From assembly GCF_018350175.1 (NCBI RefSeq), contig NC_058368.1, positions 126,420,001 to 126,484,000 on the forward strand: DNA of 64,000 nucleotides, written 5' to 3'. Shown here one piece after another: positions 54,470-64,000 of the stretch. A program made the position numbers and the translations under genes. Position 1 is the first letter of the stretch. Each line of letters begins with the position of its first letter. The stretch comes from Felis catus. Its lineage: Eukaryota. Under the pieces are notes generated by a model, which worked only from the letters and a program-made list of their open reading frames with translations, made no database searches and was not told where the DNA came from.

Positions 54470-54700
54470 AACTGTTATTATTGAAATATAATTAAATGTA
54501 TCATTGTATAAATTTAAGATATATAACATGTTGATTTGATACATTTATGTATTGTAATATGATTACCACTGTGGAGTTAGCTGACAACTTTATCAGGTTA
54601 TACAATTGCCGTTTCTTTTGTGTGCTGGTAACAATGAAGATCTAGTCTCTTAGCAACCTTGAAGTTATGTTACAGTATTGGTGTTTATAATAATATTGTG
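54470..54700 (-). mobile_element. L1 3' end fragment (L1MA-like)
   Basis: ACATTTATGTATTGTAATATGATTACCAC; AAGATCTAGTCTCTTAGCAAC. Confidence 0.7.
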
Positions 54701-55609
54701 GGCTTTGGTGATTTACCAAATTTAATATCAGAAATTAGGGTGAATTTCACTTAAAACCAACTCCAAGGCCACATAAGAGGAGAGTTTCCCCATCATTCGA
54801 GTTCCTGGAGCTTCCTTTCTCATGCTTTTCATACCATGTATTACTTGAATTCTGCCCCCTTATTAGTGCAGACATGAAACTCAGGTCTCTCCCAGTTTCT
54901 ACAAAAGCTCATTCATACCCAAGAGTTTCATGAGTTTAGGAATTCTCTACAAGTTCCTGGGCAGCCGCAGTGTCACAGGAGAGGTCATATCACAGGGCAT
55001 ATGGCCATTGGCCGCATACCCCTCCCTGCAGCCTTTTAGACCACAGAACACTTCTGTCTGTGCTCGGGTCTCAGCTTCTGTCCTGAGAGGCATTTTGATG
55101 AGTGCTATTGGTTCCATGTCATAATATTTTAAGTGAAAGAGTAACATGCTTATCTCAGCAATTATGCAGCTCCACAGAGTGGAAGTGTTGGGGGTCAAAC
55201 CTCATGCCCTCTAAAGTTAGGAAATGAGAGGAAGCAAATTTCATAAAATTGGCCATTCCCATTTTCAGAGAGTAGTGCCAATGTGAGTTGGAGAAGAAAG
55301 TGAATGGGTTTGATCAAGGATATAACACATGCCAACAATTTTACTTTGATGATCTTACTATAATTCCTCTTTCATAGGTGAGGAAATTATAGCTTAGCAT
55401 ACTTAAAAAAAAATAACAAAAAATTTAAAATCATGACCAAGTTTATGCAAGTAGCAAAATCTGGGATTCCTTCTCAGGCAGCCTGACCACAGAGTATGTG
55501 CTCTTTACCCATATTCACATCACATGAAGACTATAGTTTTCTTTTCACAGGTGCATCTGCATGCACATAATTTCAGAACTGCTAGAAAAGAAGTGGAATC
55601 ATGTTTTCT

Positions 55610-55837
55610 TTTCTTTTTTTTTAAATTTTTTTTTCAACGTTTATTTATTTTGGGGACAGAGAGAGACAGAGCATGAACGGGGGAGGGGCAGAGAGAGAGG
55701 GAGACACAGAATCGGAAACAGGCTCCAGGCTCGGAGCCATCAGCCCAGAGCCCGACGCGGGGCTCGAACTCACAGACCGCGAGATCGTGACCTGGCTGAA
55801 GTCGGACGCTTAACCGACTGCGCCACCCAGGCGCCCC
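55610..55837 (-). mobile_element. Young SINEC_Fc-type insertion
   Basis: Nearly identical to 52766-52990 in reverse complement; TSD GGAAT(CA/TG)TGTTTTCT. Confidence 0.95.
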
Positions 55838-56623
55838 AGGAATTGTGTTTTCTAACCTTCCTTCATGCTGTGATTTATAAGGCATGAATTGCTAGTAGCC
55901 GGGCTCATCAGGACTGCACTAATGACTGTCTGGCTTCAGCATCCGTGAGGATGTGCAGGAGCCGCTGGGACCAGGGCTGTGCTTCTTTGCAACTGTCAGG
56001 ATTGCATCATAAGACTCTGGAGAGCTCTCCCACTCCTGTGGGTCTCTCTTCCCAGAAAACCTTGCTCACATTCTTCTATGGCCTGGGCATCTCCTTTACT
56101 GGGCTGCTACCTGGCCTCTGTACAGGCTCTCTTTCCCTCTGGGAACCCTCTGTAACTACACCAGGATTGAGGTAGAGAATGGGCTGGAGAACGCTGGTCT
56201 TTGATACTAGTAGGAATAGTTTTTACATGCTTTGATAAACTTCATTTTTCTTGACACTGTAGCAATACATACCTAGACTTCCTAGAAGATTCAAAAACCA
56301 TTATAATTAATTTAAAAATATATCAAATTGAAGTCATGCCTTTGTTCAACAAAGAAATGTAGTTTTTTAGAAGCAAAGAGAAGTGTCCTTACCTCTTCGA
56401 ATATTCTCCTCTGTGGTAGAAATTGGAGGCTTGTTAGTTTGATGAAGAGAAGGGTGAACTAGCTGAACCCATATATCTGTAACTCTTGAAGAATACATTT
56501 GGTCCAGGTAATGAGGACTCAGTATACAGACCGAGAGAAATCAAGATAACCTATTGGAATACCAGGACCTCCTACTTAAATTTCCTCTCAAATACACTTA
56601 GTTTCCTCAAAATGAGGATAATG

Positions 56624-57255
56624 ACTTTGGGTTCTTCTCCGGTAGCTAAGGAGCTTGGAAGTTGTCACTGCAATCCTCACATGAGGAAAAATAAAGTTGG
56701 GGCGCCTCGGTGGCTCAGTGAGTTAAGTGTCTGACTTCAGCTCAGGTCATGTGTGCTGACAGCTCAGAGCCTGGAGCCTGCTTCACATTATTTGTCTCCT
56801 TCTCTCTCTGCCCCCTCCCCCTCTTGGGCTATCTCTCTCTCTCTCGAAAATAAATAACATTAAAAAACTAAAAAAAAAAAAAAAAAAAAAAAAGTAAAAC
56901 TTACCAACTCTTAGATTCACCAGAGAATTGAAGTCACGGAGAAAAATGCTCCCCTTAGATTGGAAGGACAGATAACCTGATAAAGGGAATCACAAATTCC
57001 TGGAACAGAAACCTTCATGGGAACCAGTACTGAGGTAGGAAAACATGAGCTGTAATTGGTGGATTGCTGGTGCCTCACTGTGGACAAATCCAAGAGATAA
57101 AACCTCTAGTGGGTGCAGTTTGGTGGGGCCAGTGGGAGGCACACTTTTGTGAATTTTGCCTTCAGAACCCCTGTCAAGTTCTCACAGTGAGGATTAGAGA
57201 AAATCCCCTCATGCTTCTGGCAGAGGGAGAGAAAAGAAGCCCTTTTTAAATGCAC
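56624..57255 (+). mobile_element. Old L1 5'-end fragment (L1MC/MD-like) interrupted by a SINE
   Basis: AAGGAGCTTGGAAGTTGTCACT; CACACTTTTGTGAATTTT; AAAATCCCCTCATGCTTCTGGCAG resemble an old L1 5'UTR consensus as I recall it. Confidence 0.6.
56699..56893 (+). mobile_element. SINEC with an internal deletion
   Basis: GGTCATG is joined directly to TGTGCTGAC; A24 tail. Confidence 0.88.
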
Positions 57256-59272
57256 ACAGTTTCTCTAATATGGGGGTACTAATAGTGAAATCCTGGGGGA
57301 GTAACAGGATTAGGTGTGATAATATATATAGAGCATATAGTACAGTGCCTATAAGGGCTGTTACTGCAACCATTTTACCATCTTTCCGTACATAAGCTGA
57401 AAGTTATACTCTTGTACTAGAGAAGCTGTGCAGGAGATAGAGATTCAGAAATGGGCTAAAAGGAGTGTTGTGAAATTTAGCCTAAGCAGTACCTTTAAAA
57501 TACACAGTGATTTGCATCTTGGAAGCATTACTATCATTTGGCATACCATCATGCACATTCTCCCTTGAGTCCCGTGAAAGAGTAATTCACTCCCTGCTGA
57601 CAAAGAAAAGAGACCAAGGCAGTTTCTGAATGCTGCCCTACTTTTCCAGGCCTTTCCCTCAGAGCCGGGGTTAGTGTTGGAATTATCCAGTGCCTTGGCT
57701 GCTTCCAGTTTCCTGGATAGCATCTTCTCAGCTAAGTGGTGCTGTGTCCACAGTGGCATGAACGGTGTTTTATTGCTTCTCACCTGGCTCATTCCAGAAC
57801 AAACAGCAGCAGACACACCCATGGAGAAATTGCTGGCCGGAGACTGCCTAGAACCTCACAATTCTGGTCCATTCAGAGAGAGACGGCAAGGCGACAAAGT
57901 GCCCAGACCGGGACCTTCCCCAGGAGAAACCACCTGGGGACCAGATGACGGACATTTGGGAATCTTAACTTTTCATATTTTCCTTATTGGTTTTCAAGTT
58001 TTAGTCTTGGCTTTAGAGCTCTCAGGAATAGCTCTTCTTCTTATTTTTCTTTTTTTGCCAGGTAGCAGTGATTGAGATTTGAAACTACCTTGTGCATGTG
58101 TGCCCTTAAATACATCTGCCTCATCCTTGCTTTTATCCTTCCAGTTTCAGAGAACTACATGTCCTTTTCTGTATAATTTATCCTCCTTCATCTTCCCACT
58201 GCCCCTCAGGCTGTTATCAGTAGTAGTAGTGGGAACACAGTAAATTTAAAATGACTTGTTTTTGTGTTTCTCATGAGATCCACAAAGTGGCTTAGTACAA
58301 TTTAGATTCTTAAGTGCCCGGGGGACTCCCTGAAAATAATTTGCTTTTCCCCTTTATTTTGAAAAACAAATGTCAAAAATGCTGAAGTGGGCTGTGATTG
58401 CACATGTTAGTCAGAGGTAATCTGTTTGTCCCTAGTCCGTAGGACTTCTGGGGGAGCTAGAAGTGAAATGAAAACTGACACATCAATGAAATCCATGATC
58501 TGTTCACCTGCAGTTGAACCAAGGCATACCTAGGAGGGCAACACTGGTTTCTCAAGACACCAACTCCCAGAGGTTAAGGATTTGCTTTAAATTTGCCAAA
58601 TTCCTTGACATATTGTAGAAATCTCATCTACAGATTCATGTATATTTAACAGGGTAAAAAGTTTATTGTTGTTTGTCTACAAACTGATTAGCATTTTGAT
58701 CAGAGCCTTAAATGAATAAATCAAATGCATGCTGATCAGACTTAGGAATGAAATAAATCTGAAAGGGATAAGTAATATGTTTGATGAAAGGACATAAAAA
58801 TTATCAGAATTGAATTGCAAATTACAATGAACAAGAGGAAATGTAATAGGGTACATATAAAGGTTAGCATTTCCATTAAAAAAAATCAATTGCCCAAGTA
58901 TAGGATAGGGATAAGGATAGGGATAGGGGAGACCTATGTTTATTACAGTTAATGTGAAAAAAGACCTGAGCATTTGAGAAGACTTTATTAAGTCAATTGT
59001 GATGAAATATAATAGTCTCATTTTACTCTGCACTACTGTATTTGGAATATTGTGAGCAATTTTGGGGGCCACACATGGGACGTTGACATCTGAAGAGATG
59101 TCAGTTTAATCTAGCAGGATGTGTGGGATTTTTTTGGACATGTCTTGTGAGGAGAAAGGAGTAAAGGGATCATCCAAGGAAAAGCTTGTGGAGCTGTGAT
59201 TTGTTCCTTCAGTCACGTGAAGTTCTTTCAAATGGGAGAAGAGTCAACTCTTGATTTATAAGGCAAAATTTA

Positions 59273-59488
59273 GGGATGCCTGGGTGGTTCAGTTGGTTAA
59301 GCATCTGACTTCTGATTTTGGGTGAGGTCATGATCTCACTGTCTTGAAATTGAGCCCCACATGGACTCCACTGTGTGCATGGAGCATGCTTAAGATTCTC
59401 TCTCTCCCTTCCTTTGTCCCTCCCCTCTCTGCTGTGTTTGCACGTGCACGTATGCATGCATCCTCTCTATCTCTGTCTCTCAAATGCA

Positions 59489-59518
<30 letters not shown>
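59273..59518 (+). mobile_element. SINEC with a (CATA)8 tail
   Basis: GGGATGCCTGGGTGGTTCAG head; the tail is (CATA)n at 59487-59518. Confidence 0.88.
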
Positions 59519-59519
<1 letters not shown>

Positions 59520-61444
59520 GGCAGAATCTAGACCACATAAGAAAAAGCTATAGGGAAGTAGATTTTGACTTAAATCTAAGAAAGAAATTTATAACAATTG
59601 CAGTTGTTCTGCAATGAAATATAGTGCTTCATGACCTCCTAAACTTTTTGTCACTCTGTGTGAAGGGCCAGGCTAGAATACTAACCTGAGATGCTCACAT
59701 GCCAGCAGAAGGGACTCTTGGAATGAGTGGAAAGTTGGACTGCCTCAAAGATTCTTTCCACTCGGTGATTGTTTTTTAATTAATTCAAGATGAATGCAAT
59801 TTAAAGAGTTCTCTTTTATATCTCTTATGAAATCTGATTTACTTTCTGGAAAGTTACTTCACGTGTACTGATGTTTTCAAATTACAGCTCTATTTTCCCA
59901 TGAAAGCTATGAAAATGTTCACATGACTTAGTATTTAGAAGTGTCAATAAGTTGACATAGTGACTACGAGTGCCTTTGACACTTATATGCTGTTAAACCA
60001 CTTCATATCTGTTCTCAGCAAGATTAGGGAAATTTCTTTGTTAATCCTCTGGGCCAGGATTTGCTTCATTATTCTGAGGTTTAATGTAAGACCTATACAT
60101 TCCCAATGCACATATTTTTGGCTCTTTGTGAATCTTATTGGGGATATAAGTCAGGAAATAGTAAAAAATAAATTACCTTCAAGAATAGTGTGTTAAGAAA
60201 CTCTTCTGATTAGTCCTTTAGAGGCTCTGGATACACCTACCTGTTTACCAGCTTTGTCCTCCTGCATCATAGACACCCTCTGTGTTCCCACCACCTTCTT
60301 TGCTGCTGACCCCACAAGGTATATCAGTTTTGAAATTGAACCTCTTCATTTTCTCTTATCAGAGAAAGCCCCAGGATGGTTTTCTCCATCTAAATCTCTA
60401 TAATTACATTTTAAAAGGCTGATGTTGATAATGTTGATATTTCTGCAGGTTTTGGAATAGGACTTGGGATTGATAGCAGCTTTCTTTGTCACATTTTCCT
60501 GTAAGGCATCCTAGAGATTCACAGGACTCAGTTGGATACCCCCTTCAAGTGATAGATTACACTATATGGTAGGCTAGCAGGCTGAGTATGGGCAGCTCTA
60601 GGAAAGTTGTAGTGTCCGTTTTCTGACTGTGGCATAGCTGAACATTTTTCCCCAAGAACCCAGCATCTGGACTTCTTCATATAAAAGATGGTAGAAAGAT
60701 CTTCTTAACAAAGGCCATTTGCAGGCTTGGCTAACCTCAGAATTTCCATAAGGGGGGTTAGTATTAATTGGTGAAAGGACAATGTCTGCAGGAATGGGGG
60801 TGCCACACGGAACAGTTTCCTGACTTCAGAAGTCATCAGAGGAAGACACCATTGTTCAAACTTATAGTCCAGAGTTATGATCCTATTTTTGTTCTTGTCT
60901 CGCTGCTTGTGTTGGTGGAGGTTTACGTTAGCATGTAGACCGCTGGGCCAGAAAGGAAAATCATGATATCTACCTGTTTTAGTGGCCCAGTTTTGCATAT
61001 TGGCAAACACTCATTGCAAGTTGTAATTATTGAAGACATTGGTGTGGTTGCGTGGACTTAAAAAGACAAATGCTGAAGCTTATATTTAATAAGAAAGTGT
61101 GAAGTGCCATCAAAATTTTTACTGCCCTTAAATTTAATAATATATACAGATTTTCTTTTTGTCCTTATTCTTATACATATAATTGTGTTCTATTACTGTC
61201 ACTAAATATCGGTAGAAAGAGAGTATGTTATCTCACCATCTCCTTTTTTCCCTCTTCCCTTAATTGTTTATAAACACCTGAATGTAATTTCAACAACTAA
61301 TGTTGTCTTAGATGAGGGTGAGCACTCTTTACTGTTTCAAGCATTCTCCTATCTTCCTAGGCTTCTCTCTTTGCCACCTTCCCCAAGAGACAGATTATTA
61401 TTGATCAGATTTTGTTGGAAATGAGAAAAGCCTGTCTGTCTAGC

Positions 61445-61664
61445 CTAGCACCATCCAATAGAATTTTCTGCAGTTATGCCAATGCTCTATATCTGTGCTG
61501 TCCAATACTATAGCTACTGGCCACCCGTGACTGTTGTGCATTTGAAATGTGGGTAGTGTGACTCAGGAACTGAATTTTAAATTTTATTTGATTTTAATTA
61601 ATTTAAATATAAACAGGTATTTCTGCTTAGTGGCTACCATATTGGGGTATATTGGACAGCACAG
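61445..61664. mobile_element. MER3-like hAT-Charlie MITE
   Basis: CCAATAGAATTTTCTGC; CTGTGCTGTCCAATA ... TATTGGACAGCACAG inverted ends. Confidence 0.8.
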
Positions 61665-62374
61665 CGATTGTCAAAGAATTCAAAGCACCAGAAAATGTAA
61701 GGAAGTACACTAATCAGTGAGGTTTACTGTTCTAAACACTCCTTTTCTGTATTGAGCCAAATGGTGTTTAGAAGTCATGAAGCATCTGCTTTGATGGCTG
61801 TTTAGATGGTCCTCAAAAAAGTGAGAAAAAATCCACATCTGTGTAAAGCGTTTATAATTAATCATAAAGATCGTTGTCTATGCTATACTAGGTGCTTCAC
61901 ATATCTGCTTTCCAGATATAGCATCTATTATTTCACAAGTGTTCCAAGTTAGATGATAATTATTTCCATGTCAAGCAAGAGAAAGAACCGAGGCACACCG
62001 TTTTAAAATAATAAACCGACTCAAAGTCACACAGCCAGGAAATCGTAGAGCCAAGGTATGAACCCAGCTGGGATTCTTCATTGATGCATTTCATAATTAA
62101 ATATTTCCTACATTGTCTTTTAGAGCACATGTGCATATTTCCCTAGTCATCATTGAGAAACAAGGTAGAGTTTAATAATATGAGCCCTGTCGCTATATTA
62201 CCTGACTTGAATGGTCTTCTGACACTCATACCTGTGTGAATTTGAGTACATTACCTGATCATAGCTCTGAGTGTCATTTTTCTCATTTTCATATGAATCT
62301 ACTTCGTTGAGTTGTTGTGAGGTTTCAGTAAATTTCTCACACAGTGCTTGAACCATAAATACTTGCCATTGTCA

Positions 62375-62583
62375 TTTTTTAAATATTTACTTTTGAGAGA
62401 GAGAGACAGAGCACAAGCAGGGGAGGGGCAGAGAGAGAGGGAGATGCAGAATCCAAAGTAGGCTCCAGGCTTTGAGCTGTCAGCACAGAGCCTGATGCGG
62501 GGCTTGAACCCACAAACCATGATGTGAGATCGTGGCCTGACCCGAAGTCAGACGCTTAACCGACTGAGCCACCCAGACACCCC
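62375..62583 (-). mobile_element. SINEC (felid type) within MIR-like sequence
   Basis: Typical body ending GACTGAGCCACCCAGACACCCC. Confidence 0.9.
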
Positions 62584-63111
62584 TTGCTGTCTCCATTTTT
62601 AATTTGAAAGGGACTACCATTTATTTTAGGATGTTGATTTAATGTGATGTTAATAGATGAAATAGATACATGCTTTGGGTGCACTTTCTTAGGAAATAAG
62701 AGAGACTCTAATAATTCAGATAATTCAGTAAGAAACACCCTGCTGTTCAGCCACTTTGGTGTGTCCATCCCTGGGATTATAAAGTTGCAGAGCCCACATG
62801 CTCTGGCCGGTTCCTCATATCTTTGCTTTTCATGTAACCCTCATAGATGTCTCCTTTGGTGTCTTTGATTGGTTCTGAATGCTGAGCAGTGACAAACACC
62901 AACACAGCTGGAAAGAGCTGTAAGATTTGCTGTTCTGTCTTACAGCAGGGAATTATTGCCATGGATACCAGCATCAGAGGAAAACTGGGGAGCATTCTCA
63001 TCTGGTCTCCTGAGTGGTCTGACATCTGTTTCTGGCAAGGCCAATAATGAGTGTGCTGCTAGCTTCATATCAAACGGAAGACTGATCCTCATTTTTTTTT
63101 TTTAATCACAG

Positions 63112-63339
63112 ATGGCCTCTTCCCAAGATGCCAGGTATGGCCAGAAAGACTCCTCTGATCAGAACTTTGACTACATGTTCAAATTGCTCATCATTGGCAA
63201 TAGCAGTGTGGGGAAAACATCTTTCCTGTTCCGTTATGCGGATGACTCCTTTACATCTGCATTCGTCAGCACAGTTGGGATCGATTTCAAAGTAAAAACT
63301 GTATTCAAAAATGAAAAGAGAATCAAGCTTCAGATTTGG
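63112..63339 (+). CDS. RAB3C: RAB3C coding exon 2 (Ras-related protein Rab-3C, small GTPase N-terminal half)
   Basis: 76 codons, [37 protein letters not shown]...[23 protein letters not shown], containing the P-loop GNSSVGKTS and the Rab motifs IDF and KLQIW. Acceptor (T)12-AATCACAG|ATG, donor TGG|GTAAGT at 63340. The ORF-track tail [12 protein letters not shown] is intron read-through. Confidence 0.97.
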
Positions 63340-64000
63340 GTAAGTGACTTTGAAATGACAATGTTCTTCAGTCTATGACATTGAAGCTAGATGTATGAAA
63401 GAGAGACACTTTCTGCCTTGTTCTGTCCCTATGGGTCCACAGGCTCCATTTCTAGATTCTTTGCTTGGAAAATTCTGTTTCAAAGACAGTAGAGTGATGC
63501 CTCTTTAAGGTATGGAGACTAAACTATGCCTTATTGTGAAGTGTTGCTTCTTAGAGTCTTCAGAAGAAAGAAAATCCAAATATATGTTGTGTTGGTGGTT
63601 GAAGGAACACTCAATGAGAAGCTAGACTCTGCCTTTCATGATCTGTATGACCCTGAACAAGCCTGTGAATCCCTCTCTATGCCACTTTTGTAATCCACAA
63701 AGTTGGCAAAGTCAATCTAGCCTTTTAGATCATAGGGACCATCTTGTCCTGGGCATTGTAAAGAAAAGGTCAATGACCAAATGTAGAGAAAACTTAAGTT
63801 TGGTACCTTTATAAAGCCCCACATAAAACTTTGAACATGGTCTATTTACCTTTTACAGACTTTCTTTTCTCAGCTCTAAGAGTTATGTTTATTCACACAA
63901 GCAAAACAAAACAAATGAAATACAATATTTACTTTAAACAGGGTTTTCCTCTAAGCAGAAGTTTTCCCACTAACTTTTGAGACCATTTGACTAGCTTTTT

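Larger units (their letters stand above)
42422..63111 (+). other. RAB3C: RAB3C intron 1 (20,690 bp from the canonical first exon)
   Basis: GT at 42422 and AG at 63110-63111; candidate branch point CTGAT at 63082-63086; T-tract at 63092-63103. Confidence 0.92.

Noticed and set aside
52631..55887. Repeated similar ORFs (…EPRVGLWADGSEPGACFRFC…) that look like a gene family
   Set aside because: They are reading frames through near-identical SINE copies.
58899..58929. (GGATAG)n hexamer run resembling a telomeric or G4 repeat
   Set aside because: It is not TTAGGG, has few copies, and has too few G3 runs for a canonical quadruplex.
2211..62583. tRNA-like A/B-box sequences
   Set aside because: All are SINE heads, not tRNA genes.
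63340..63378. C-terminal [16 protein letters not shown] suggesting a truncated RAB3C or pseudogene
   Set aside because: This is read-through past a perfect GTAAGT donor; the WDTAG motif should continue in the next exon outside the window.
1..64000. CRISPR array, operon, intact retrovirus or foreign insert
   Set aside because: I saw no regularly spaced repeat-spacer units, no long ORFs, only solo LTRs, and no compositional block inconsistent with carnivore genomic DNA.

Overview
Mammalian genomic DNA, AT-rich and repeat-dense. It is almost certainly from a felid, because it carries about 21 carnivore tRNA-derived SINEs, three of them near-identical young SINEC_Fc-type copies. The first ~41 kb is intergenic sequence made of SINEs, solo LTRs, old L1/L2/MIR fragments, DNA-transposon relics and microsatellites. 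The only gene I can support is the 5' end of RAB3C on the + strand. It has a CpG-rich promoter (~41.3-42.6 kb), two alternative phase-0 coding first exons (MELYGK at 41606-41623 and MRHEAPMQ at 42398-42421, both missed by the ORF track), a 20.7 kb intron 1, and coding exon 2 at 63112-63339; the rest of the gene lies beyond the window. All other listed ORFs look like chance or repeat-derived frames. I found no prokaryote-type or clearly undescribed biological system. The most interesting signals are: modular N-terminal exons spliced onto an exon that starts at its own ATG, an inverted pair of ZNF143-type motifs, an oddly oriented pair of REST half-sites, and a near-perfect inverted SINE pair in intron 1. 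Repeat family names come from recalled consensus sequences, and most repeat boundaries are approximate.
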